NCBI GenBank assembly: GCA_009691355.1 | Contig: SICW01000002.1 | Coordinates: 1-36,880 of the forward strand | Direction: 5' to 3' | Length of the DNA: 36,880 bases | DNA from: Candidatus Woesearchaeota archaeon | Lineage (GTDB): Archaea; Nanobdellota; Nanobdellia; SCGC-AAA011-G17; GW2011-AR17 | Shown: positions 25,918 to 33,547 of the stretch, in pieces | How the letters are laid out: each line of letters begins with the position of its first letter | How positions within the stretch are numbered: position 1 is the first letter of the stretch | Program-made: the position numbers and the translations under genes | The notes under the pieces: model-generated | What the model saw: the letters and a program-made list of their open reading frames with translations, nothing else | What the model was told of the DNA's origin: nothing | The model's database searches: none

Positions 25918-26510
25918 TATTTGCTTGCGAGCGTATATACTTCTTCCCAAGAATCAACTCGAGTAATGTTTTTAGGCAACTGAATTGTACTAGATTTATT
26001 CCAAGGGCGATTTAACAAGGCAACCCCTGTATAGTATGAACAATCTAAAGCTTGTTCTAGAGAATCTTCTATATGGAGATCTATTCCCCTTTTCTTACAA
26101 ATCAGCCCCTTTAATTTTTCTGGTCCAGGAAGAAGTTCTCCGGCAAAAAGTACTTGGCCTATGTCTGGAAAGTACTTTCGCATACAAGCCTTTGTCATCT
26201 CTCTTAATGCAGTTGGCCTTCCTGTGAGTATAACAACATGATCCCCCAAGCTAGAAATTCTTTGCACACACTCCTGAGAACCACTCCTTGGGGATATTGC
26301 AGCAAACTCCTCACTTTCATAAAAACGAGTAAGTCTCCCCCAAGCTTCATCTGGAGAGATACGAAGTACTTGGCTTAGGTCATAATAGCGAAACTGCTCA
26401 TAGCGTAAAAATGAATTCCTTCTCTTCCCATGGACCCTATTATGCCAGAGGATAAACTTCTCTGTGTGGTCTAATAAAACATCATCTGCATCAAAGGATA
26501 TACGACTCAT
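25914..26510 (-). CDS. HAD-superfamily 5'(3')-deoxyribonucleotidase-like (NT5C family)
   Basis: ISFDADDVLLDH (DxDxV motif I), VILTGRP (motif II), IEDS (motif IV). Its 3' end overlaps the convergent gene by 4 nt. Confidence 0.7.
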   Translation of the reverse strand: MSRISFDADDVLLDHTEKFILWHNRVHGKRRNSFLRYEQFRYYDLSQVLRISPDEAWGRLTRFYESEEFAAISPRSGSQECVQRISSLGDHVVILTGRPTALREMTKACMRKYFPDIGQVLFAGELLPGPEKLKGLICKKRGIDLHIEDSLEQALDCSYYTGVALLNRPWNKSSTIQLPKNITRVDSWEEVYTLASKY

Positions 26511-26546
26511 ATTTGAAGCAATTTTATCCCTGTTTAATAGTGTTTC

Positions 26547-26567
26547 GCTCTAGATCAAAGCTCTAGA
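26547..26567. promoter_or_regulatory. Direct repeat of palindrome-containing GCTCTAGA, candidate regulator site
   Basis: GCTCTAGA occurs at 26547-26554 and 26560-26567 (13-bp register). It lies just upstream of the TATA-like CTATTAAAC for the minus-strand gene that starts at 26510. Confidence 0.3.
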
Positions 26568-26663
26568 CATAGCATTCTTTTTGTTTATTAAGCGCATTTT
26601 CTTAAAAATCCTTGAGGTGATGCGAATATGCGCTAATGACTACAAAATAAAAAACAGTTTTCT

Positions 26664-27653
26664 TTATTTTATCTTTATAAAATTCATCCCTTTAAGATTC
26701 TTTGTCATGTATTCCTTTGCTTTCTTTGTACTCTCACCTGTAGAAAGATACAAAGTTGGAAGCTTGATATTTTGTCCTTCTGTAAACGCAAGTAATAAAT
26801 CTCCCTCACTCAAACTTTTTTTATGCCTTGCTTTCACAAAGTAACAAAGTTCTCCTACTGGTGTGGGAATTTGTACCGTAAAATTGAGTTCTTTATTTTT
26901 TGCAATAACCACTTTATCTACAATCTTAATCTCTTTTTTCTTAAGGTATTGAATCACGATACTCTCAAAACTATCATCTCTATCTTCTTCTACTGCTTTT
27001 TCTTTCTTTCCTTTATCTACAAGTACTTCTTGTAAAAACTTTTTCTTCTTTTTCTTTTCCTTCTCTAGTGGTTTTTCTATCCTTTCTGGAGTCTTTGTTT
27101 CTATCATAACTGACTCTTCTTTCTCTATTTCAGGAATTTGTTCAAGAACTTTTGATACCTGCACAACTGCCTCTTCTTTTTTTGGAGCATAAATCCTTTC
27201 TAAAGATCTTTCAATGAGTTCTTTTGCCTCTGGATCTGGAAGAAGATACCACTTCCAAAAAATTTCTTCTGTATCGTGAATGACTAACTTTACTGGCATG
27301 GCAAAATCTTCTAACTCCCTTAATGCAACACGTTCAAAGGGCAAACAATCACGATCTCTAAGTACTTTTTTTTCTTTGAGGATATCTAATGCTTCACGAG
27401 GCTTTTGACCTAGGTTTCCACGTAATAAATCCACAAGCTTTGCTTCCTGTTCTTTACAATAGTATAAGGGAGAACCACCAATCTTTGCACGAGAGAGCTT
27501 TATTCGTTTATTTGTAATCAACTCTGACAGTAATGCAGATATGAAAATATTTGTAGAACGAAACTCTTTTGCAATCACTGAAGGCAGGATAGGGCCATGA
27601 CTTTGTACATATTCAAACACCCTTTCTTTGAGTTCTAAAATACGATTGGTCAT
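26664..27653 (-). CDS. Tandem winged-helix protein with Lys/Glu-rich linker and a C-terminal restriction-endonuclease-like (Mrr_cat-like) domain, tentative
   Basis: 329 aa. N-terminus VFEYVQSHGPILPSVIAKEF...LSELITNKRIKLSRAKIGGSPLYY is a wH. Linker EKEKKKKKKF. The C-terminus FESIVIQYL...YFVKARHKKSLSEGDLLLAF...LYLSTGESTKKAKEY...MNFIKI follows the Mrr catalytic-domain layout, but the acidic residues are not clearly conserved. Confidence 0.55.
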   Translation of the reverse strand: MTNRILELKERVFEYVQSHGPILPSVIAKEFRSTNIFISALLSELITNKRIKLSRAKIGGSPLYYCKEQEAKLVDLLRGNLGQKPREALDILKEKKVLRDRDCLPFERVALRELEDFAMPVKLVIHDTEEIFWKWYLLPDPEAKELIERSLERIYAPKKEEAVVQVSKVLEQIPEIEKEESVMIETKTPERIEKPLEKEKKKKKKFLQEVLVDKGKKEKAVEEDRDDSFESIVIQYLKKKEIKIVDKVVIAKNKELNFTVQIPTPVGELCYFVKARHKKSLSEGDLLLAFTEGQNIKLPTLYLSTGESTKKAKEYMTKNLKGMNFIKIK

Positions 27654-27709
27654 AAGCTGTTTTTAGGAAATATGGGTTTAAAAGTTTTTATGTTCTTGAT
27701 TTCAGAAAA

Positions 27710-28273
27710 CTAAGGCCTTTTCCAATTCACTTCATAAAAAGTACAATCCGACTCTTCATCAACAACAGCGATTAAAAGACGTTTTCTTGTAGAATGCGCA
27801 ACTCTGTTCTTTGCTGAGAACTCGAACCAAGTAAGCATACTTGTTTCTGCTACTGGATACATAATCCATTTTGCATGGTCATCACCTGGCTTTACACCTC
27901 GATCATAAATACGAAAATCTGCACCAAATTTTAAAGCCGTTTTGACAATATATCCACGATTGCGCATGTCTTTAAATGCAGCATAACGTACAAATAAATT
28001 TGCCTCGGTTTTTACTGCAAGCTTCATGAGCTGGTCAAAAGAAAGCTCTTTATTCCCTTTCAGAAGAGTCATTTTTCCTCTTTCTAAAAGATATAATGCT
28101 TCAACTAAAGAATACTGGAATTTCTTTTGCAAAGGTTCTCCGTATCTACTTTTATCATAGAATTCTCTACTTGCTTCATTAGCTTCTGCAAGTACTTTTC
28201 CATCTAGGTATTCAGCATTAATTTTTTGTTGAATATCTAGTTCTACAGGAGCTTCCTTTGGCTTCTTTTCCAT
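27710..28273 (-). CDS. endA: tRNA-splicing endonuclease EndA (short, homotetramer-size form)
   Basis: AFKDMRNRGYIVKTALKFGADFRIYDRG...HAKWIMYPV...AHSTRKRLLIAVVD is the canonical catalytic domain. The track start 28291 is a TTG. ATG 28273 lies about 25 nt from a TATA-like box. Confidence 0.85.
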   Translation of the reverse strand: MEKKPKEAPVELDIQQKINAEYLDGKVLAEANEASREFYDKSRYGEPLQKKFQYSLVEALYLLERGKMTLLKGNKELSFDQLMKLAVKTEANLFVRYAAFKDMRNRGYIVKTALKFGADFRIYDRGVKPGDDHAKWIMYPVAETSMLTWFEFSAKNRVAHSTRKRLLIAVVDEESDCTFYEVNWKRP

Positions 28274-28291
28274 AGTGGGTTTGAACGGCAA

Positions 28292-28323
28292 AGTATTTAA
28301 AAAGCTTTTCTTTTAAAATATAT
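28292..28323. promoter_or_regulatory. Divergent endA/rnz promoter region with two TATA-like elements
   Basis: TATTTAAAAA (28294-28303, palindromic TTTAAA core) is about 25 nt from both ATG 28273 (endA, minus) and ATG 28324 (rnz, plus). A second element, TTTTAAAATATATA, lies at 28311-28323. Confidence 0.5.
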
Positions 28324-29214
28324 ATGGAAGTAATACTTTTAGGCACAAGCTCAATGGTTCCTACAGAAGAGAGAAATCACTCTGGAGCGTGGTTACGGTA
28401 TAAAGAAGAGAATATTCTCATTGATTGTGGAGAAGGGACACAAAGACAAATCCGTAAAGCAAAAATTTCTGCAATGAAAATCACAAAAATTCTTATTACC
28501 CACTGGCATGGAGACCATATTCTTGGACTCCCAGGTTTGTTTCTTACTTTAGGATCTCAGGGTTATTCTACCCCTTTAGAGATTTATGGGCCTAGAGGAT
28601 CAAAAGAGTATGTTCAAAGAATAATGCAACTCTTTGTCCCAAGGGAAACGATTCAATATAAAGTTATTGAAGTTGACAAAGGAACATTTTTTGAAAATGA
28701 AGAATTTACTCTTATAGCACTTCCTCTTCAACATAGTATAAGCTGTCTGGGATATAGTTTTGTAGAAAAGGATAGAAGAAGAATTGACATGAAAAAACTC
28801 CTGAAAGCAGGAGTAAAGGCTGGGCCTCATTTGAAACAACTCCAAACTGGAGAAGATATCCTCTTTGAGGGTAAGAAAATAAAAGCAAAAGACTATACCG
28901 CACTCGTTGCTGGCAAGAAAATTAGTTTTGTTACTGATACATTATCTTGTGAACATGCAGTTCTTCTTGCCAAAGAAGCGGATATTCTTTTTTGTGAATC
29001 CACCTACTTAGAAGACCTGAAAGAAATGGCAAAAGAAAGAAAACATATGACCGCACGAGAAGCTGGACTTATTGCAAAAAAAGCAAAGGCAAAGAAACTC
29101 GTTCTCATTCATTTTTCTCAAAGGTATACAGATCTTTCTCTCTTTAGCAAAGAAGCAAAGAAAGTTTTTCCTAATACTATTGCTGGAAAAGATTTACAGG
29201 TTTTTACTGTTTAG
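28324..29214 (+). CDS. rnz: Ribonuclease Z (tRNA 3' endonuclease), metallo-beta-lactamase fold
   Basis: ILIDCGEGTQRQ, ITHWHGDHILGLPGL (HxHxDH), HS..C.GY, THFSQRY. Confidence 0.9.
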   Translation: MEVILLGTSSMVPTEERNHSGAWLRYKEENILIDCGEGTQRQIRKAKISAMKITKILITHWHGDHILGLPGLFLTLGSQGYSTPLEIYGPRGSKEYVQRIMQLFVPRETIQYKVIEVDKGTFFENEEFTLIALPLQHSISCLGYSFVEKDRRRIDMKKLLKAGVKAGPHLKQLQTGEDILFEGKKIKAKDYTALVAGKKISFVTDTLSCEHAVLLAKEADILFCESTYLEDLKEMAKERKHMTAREAGLIAKKAKAKKLVLIHFSQRYTDLSLFSKEAKKVFPNTIAGKDLQVFTV

Positions 29215-30082
29215 AGGTATGTTCTTTATATCTTTCAAATACATAAAGACTAGACCAAAGGTCAATAGCTATTTTTAGAATTTGGCCAAATATAGCCCAG
29301 GAGATAGTTATGATTGTTGCAAAAAAAATACTTACTAGAAAGGAGAGGGTATAATTCATGGCTGCATTTAGGACATAGACTATACCTGCAAAAATTACCA
29401 AAAGAATAATTGTAATCAGTGCTGTTGTAAAAACAAACTGTGCGTCCTTTCTTAAAATAGCACAGGATTCTTTTAATACATTTAATGGATTTTTTCTTTC
29501 TTCTAAAAACATCGTTGGGTAACGAAAGAGAATTGCAACTTTAAAGAGTACTGCTAAGCATAGAGCTATAACAATCGTTAAAGTAACTGCAACTCCCTGA
29601 GCCAAATCTTGAGCTAATATGAGTAAACAGAAAAAATAGACTATCACCCCAATAAGAATCGATAGAAGAAGAAGTAGAATACCGCCTACAAAGAGACTTA
29701 CGCGCAGGATTACTACTGGCCAAAAATATCCTTTCTTTTCTTTCCAGACTATTCTCAGAGAAATCTTTTCTCCTCTTACTAACTCTCGAAACATCACAAA
29801 CTTGAACACAAGGGTTGTTGCTCCAAATATAAAGGTTACAAAAAAAAAGGCGGCAGCTGAAATAATGAGCTCCTTCCATCTCTCTGAAAGAAAACCAGTA
29901 ACACCACTCCCAGAAATTCCCTGTGCAGACTGTAATAAGCCCCATAAATCTGCAGCTCCCGTATACCAATACACAAAAAGAAGGACTAAAGATAGCAGAA
30001 AGGACATCACTAAATCCGGAAGAAATAATACGGGATTTTTCCATATATTTAGAAAGCTTTTATTTAGAGCATTTGTTTGCAT
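29204..30082 (-). CDS. Polytopic membrane protein, unknown function
   Basis: 292 aa with about 6-7 hydrophobic segments. The 3' end overlaps the rnz 3' end by 11 nt (convergent). Confidence 0.6.
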   Translation of the reverse strand: MQTNALNKSFLNIWKNPVLFLPDLVMSFLLSLVLLFVYWYTGAADLWGLLQSAQGISGSGVTGFLSERWKELIISAAAFFFVTFIFGATTLVFKFVMFRELVRGEKISLRIVWKEKKGYFWPVVILRVSLFVGGILLLLLSILIGVIVYFFCLLILAQDLAQGVAVTLTIVIALCLAVLFKVAILFRYPTMFLEERKNPLNVLKESCAILRKDAQFVFTTALITIILLVIFAGIVYVLNAAMNYTLSFLVSIFFATIITISWAIFGQILKIAIDLWSSLYVFERYKEHTSKQ

Positions 30083-30106
30083 TGATGATATCTTATCTTT
30101 GAGAAT

Positions 30107-31234
30107 TTAAATATCTTTTGTAGTCTCTTTTTTTCGGATTAACTCTACAATTGCTTCGCTATGTGGAGTTTGAGGAAATAAATCAAATAGGGCACAGCTT
30201 TTTATTTCGTATTCCCTTAACTTTGGAAGATCTTTTCCTAATTGTTCTGGATTGCAGGAGATATAGATGATACACTCAGGTTTCTGTTGATTTAATGTTG
30301 CTATAGTCTTTTGATCCATCCCTGTACGAGGAGGATCTGTGATTACAAAGAGTTTGGTCTTTACTTCTACACGAGAAAGCTGTTTTGCATCAAGAAGAAG
30401 GGTCTTTACATTTTTTGCATTATTTTGTTCAGCATTCTTCTTTGCTTGTTCCATTGCTTCCTTAACACTTTCAATCACAATTATTTCTTTAAATCTTTCT
30501 GCACTTGTAATCCCAAAAGTACCAACTCCCCCATACAAATCTAGAAGAGTTGTATTCTTTGTATCGTATTTCTCTAGAAGCTCTTTTACGTACATTTGCA
30601 TTTTCTCTGCCATTGCATGATTGTTTTGGAAAAAACCTTGAATGCTGTGAGAGAACTCTTTTCCGAGAAATTCTGTTTCTAAAGTATCCTTGCCTTTTAC
30701 TACAAAATACTCTGAAGAAATACTCACATCCGAGTTTGCTGGTACACGTGTAACTAAGATGTTCTTAACTGTAGATATTTTTGCAAAGTCTTTTACTTTT
30801 TCTATTGATTCTGCAAGCTTGGAAGAACCACTGTTGAGAACAAAGGAAATAGAGGAGTCAATAGGGGTTGTACGAATAACTGCATAACGAAAAGTTCCAC
30901 TATGACGTTTTACATCAAAGGCGTCACAATTTGAGAATGAATGTTGTATTTCCTTCATCAGCTCATTAATAGCTTTCTCTGCTATAACACATTGTTCAAT
31001 AGGGATTATTCTGTCCCACTGCCCTTTCTTTCGTAAACCTAAGCCTTGAGGCTGAAAAATAAAATCCATACGATTTCTGTAAAAATATTCTTTGCCTGAG
31101 AAAACAGTTATGTCTGAGAATTTTGTTACTTGAGAAAGCATTCTCTTTTTATTTTCTACTTGTATAGCATAGTCTATATGTTGTGCTGTACAGCCACCAC
31201 AGCTTCCAAAATATTGACAAAGAGGTGTTGCCAT
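30107..31234 (-). CDS. RumA/TrmA-family RNA (uracil-5)-methyltransferase with N-terminal 4-Cys cluster, no TRAM domain
   Basis: CQYFGSCGGCTAQH (Fe-S cluster motif), DLYGGVGTFG (SAM), DPPRTG, YISCNP (catalytic Cys). Confidence 0.85.
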   Translation of the reverse strand: MATPLCQYFGSCGGCTAQHIDYAIQVENKKRMLSQVTKFSDITVFSGKEYFYRNRMDFIFQPQGLGLRKKGQWDRIIPIEQCVIAEKAINELMKEIQHSFSNCDAFDVKRHSGTFRYAVIRTTPIDSSISFVLNSGSSKLAESIEKVKDFAKISTVKNILVTRVPANSDVSISSEYFVVKGKDTLETEFLGKEFSHSIQGFFQNNHAMAEKMQMYVKELLEKYDTKNTTLLDLYGGVGTFGITSAERFKEIIVIESVKEAMEQAKKNAEQNNAKNVKTLLLDAKQLSRVEVKTKLFVITDPPRTGMDQKTIATLNQQKPECIIYISCNPEQLGKDLPKLREYEIKSCALFDLFPQTPHSEAIVELIRKKETTKDI

Positions 31235-31284
31235 AGGCTTTTTGTTTTTATTTTGTTTAAGAAGTTATCTGTATTTTTCTCTTT

Positions 31285-31356
31285 GGGGATTGTATGCTTT
31301 CCATTTTGCAAAAGAAGGAATAGAACTTGGGGCAGTGACAAATGGAAGATCTCCCC
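31285..31356. other. Nested inverted repeats (possible structured RNA or terminator-like hairpin)
   Basis: TTCCATTT (31299-31306) pairs perfectly with AAATGGAA (31340-31347). The outer GGGGA (31285-31289) pairs with TCCCC (31352-31356). Located in a 138-nt spacer between two co-directional minus-strand genes. Confidence 0.3.
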
Positions 31357-31372
31357 TTATTAACGGTTCGTA

Positions 31373-31948
31373 CTAATCCTTACTTTTGAGAATACGATTT
31401 CCAGAGGTAAAGTGCTTTATTTGTACTTTGCTCTTTTCCCTAGGAACAGGATCCCCTCTTAAAGAAGGAACCTCAAATACAAGATCATCATAGAAAATAT
31501 TCTTTCTACTGGAAAAAAATCTGGGATTATTCCCACTTATATCTAGTCTTTCTTTCACATCTATGAGGGATACAGTCAAAAAATCAAAAGAAAAAGCTAT
31601 AGCTTCTGGAGAAAGTTCTCTTTCTTTTCCTAGCTCTTCAAAATCACTAAACATAAGTCTCTCATCAGCATCTAAAACTAAAATCCAATCTGTAGTTACA
31701 TCCCGTATAGAAACGTTTCTTGATGGCCCATACCCCTCAAAAGGATGATCTAAAACATCAAGATGTGCATATCTTTTTTTTGCATCCTCTAAATACTGCC
31801 TTGTTCCATCAATAGAACCTGTATCTACAATGATTGCTTTTTCCATAAAAGGCACTGTACTTTCCACAAAGTCTCGTATCCCTCCTGCAGGATTTATTAT
31901 CTCATCACGAACAATTGCACAGAGTGTTGTGTCTCTTAGTATATTCAT
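31373..31948 (-). CDS. Family 2 glycosyltransferase (short form)
   Basis: CAIVRDE...IIVDTGSIDGT...ILVLDADE is the GT-A fold pattern with a DxD motif. Confidence 0.7.
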   Translation of the reverse strand: MNILRDTTLCAIVRDEIINPAGGIRDFVESTVPFMEKAIIVDTGSIDGTRQYLEDAKKRYAHLDVLDHPFEGYGPSRNVSIRDVTTDWILVLDADERLMFSDFEELGKERELSPEAIAFSFDFLTVSLIDVKERLDISGNNPRFFSSRKNIFYDDLVFEVPSLRGDPVPREKSKVQIKHFTSGNRILKSKD

Positions 31949-32008
31949 ACTATTTTAGTCTAAGATCCCTTTAAGAATCTTTTTATACCTTCCTTCTCTT
32001 TCTTTTTT

Positions 32009-32563
32009 ATGAAAATTTTTCTCCAAGATACGAAAAGCATTGCAAAATCTCTCTTAGGTATGTATCTTGTTCATGAATCCCCTGAAGGAAAAACTGTTGG
32101 GAAAATTGTAGAGACAGAAGCATACTTGTGGAATGACCCTGCAGCACACTCTTTCTCTGGCAAGACAGAACGAAATGCTCCTATGTTTGGAAAACCAGGT
32201 ACAACGTACGTGTACTTTACTTATGGGATGCACTTTTGTTTTAACGTTGTTACAGCAAAAGAGGGTATTGGGGAAGCTGTGCTTATCCGTGCGCTTGAAC
32301 CAATAGAAGGTATAGGGCTTATGAAACTACGAAGAAGAGTAGAAGAGTTACATCAACTGTGTAATGGGCCTGCAAAACTTGTACAAGCAATGGGTATTCA
32401 GAAAGAATACAATACACATTTTCTTTTAGATAAGCCATTATATCTTCAAGAAAGAAAAGAAAAGATAAAAATTGTTTCAACTACAAGGATTGGGATTAGT
32501 AAAGCAACAAAAAAGAAGTGGCGATTTTATATTAAGGATAATCCATTTATTTCAAAAAAATAA
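32009..32563 (+). CDS. mpg: 3-methyladenine DNA glycosylase (AAG/MPG family)
   Basis: [51 protein letters not shown]...AVLIRALEP is a near-textbook MPG signature. Confidence 0.85.
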   Translation: MKIFLQDTKSIAKSLLGMYLVHESPEGKTVGKIVETEAYLWNDPAAHSFSGKTERNAPMFGKPGTTYVYFTYGMHFCFNVVTAKEGIGEAVLIRALEPIEGIGLMKLRRRVEELHQLCNGPAKLVQAMGIQKEYNTHFLLDKPLYLQERKEKIKIVSTTRIGISKATKKKWRFYIKDNPFISKK

Positions 32564-33493
32564 CTATCCAAGATGCAGTCTTTCATTGAGAATTTTTTCT
32601 AAATCTTGAGGAGAGATTTTACTTCCTGTTTTCCTTGGAGAACCACCAATGGTGTCACTTCCTGCATGCCTATTTCCCTCTGAAATCCCACAGGGATCTA
32701 TTTTATTTAGAAGAGGATAGAGACGGAGTATAGGAAAATCTACCCATGCAGATCTTCTCCCGTACATATATCGCCATGTTCCATTTCCATTATCAAAAAA
32801 AGACACAAAGGCATTAATGCCATCATTATACAAAGACATTCTTGCAGCTGGACCATTTTCTTTTACCAGAGCCCAGCTCTTTCCTCCACCAACCCTTTTA
32901 TACTCTCCTTCTAAAACACTTTCTTGTGCATCATCAATGACATACTTGTCTATCCTTGCATGTACCGACTCCATAATTGTTTTCATCCCTTGCGCATTTA
33001 AACCACTGAGTCTTCCTTCAAAACGAGCTCTTGTATACGGATCAAAAATCCAAGCCATTTTTCTTCTCATGGTAATATCTCCAAAGGGATAAGCACCTGC
33101 AGTACAATCCAAACGATCCTCCACATATACAAGACGATTTATTTTTGGATTTGCATGACCACGAATTTGCTCAAAATGCATCAACTCCCAGGATGCGAGG
33201 CAGGTATCTTCATCAGGGTCATTCACGAAAATTTGGGTAGTAGGTACTCCATCTTTTCTAAATCTATCAAAGAGATTTAAATTAATTTCCATATGAACCT
33301 GATCAGAAGTAGAACGTGTTGCAATTCTATCTACACCTGAATGATGATCATAATTTGCGTATGGACCACGATGGTCTCTTCTTGTTGGAGCATTGACAAA
33401 ACCATCAAGTGCAATAGAAAATGGAGCTTTAAATTTTTTAAAATCTCTCCAAGAATAGACTACACCGGGCTCAACGAAAAGTCCTATTGCCAT
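32564..33493 (-). CDS. Hypothetical His/Asp-rich protein (309 aa), possible metal-dependent hydrolase
   Basis: Clean ATG ORF. Contains YANYDHHSGVDR, VNDPDEDTC and HAGSDTIGGSP. Motif order does not fit the DHH family, and I cannot assign a family. Confidence 0.6.
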   Translation of the reverse strand: MAIGLFVEPGVVYSWRDFKKFKAPFSIALDGFVNAPTRRDHRGPYANYDHHSGVDRIATRSTSDQVHMEINLNLFDRFRKDGVPTTQIFVNDPDEDTCLASWELMHFEQIRGHANPKINRLVYVEDRLDCTAGAYPFGDITMRRKMAWIFDPYTRARFEGRLSGLNAQGMKTIMESVHARIDKYVIDDAQESVLEGEYKRVGGGKSWALVKENGPAARMSLYNDGINAFVSFFDNGNGTWRYMYGRRSAWVDFPILRLYPLLNKIDPCGISEGNRHAGSDTIGGSPRKTGSKISPQDLEKILNERLHLG

Positions 33494-33547
33494 ACAAAAA
33501 GAGTTTTTTAGTCTTCTTTATTAAGCTATCTAAGCTGAACTTTTTCT

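Noticed and set aside
26600-26650. Possible C/D-box sRNA (GTGATGC ... TAATGAC)
   Set aside because: The C-box-like elements are imperfect, and no CTGA D or D' box is present at appropriate spacing on that strand.
29541-30110. Overlapping ORFs of 167 aa (minus) and 102 aa (plus) within the 29204-30082 membrane-protein gene. Many similar 60-108-aa ORFs lie inside larger genes (for example 2489-2701, 3304-3544, 9484-9980, 13872-14198, 30311-30887).
   Set aside because: All are nested in or antisense to longer ORFs with recognisable motifs or membrane topology. They have no upstream TATA at the right distance and show odd composition.
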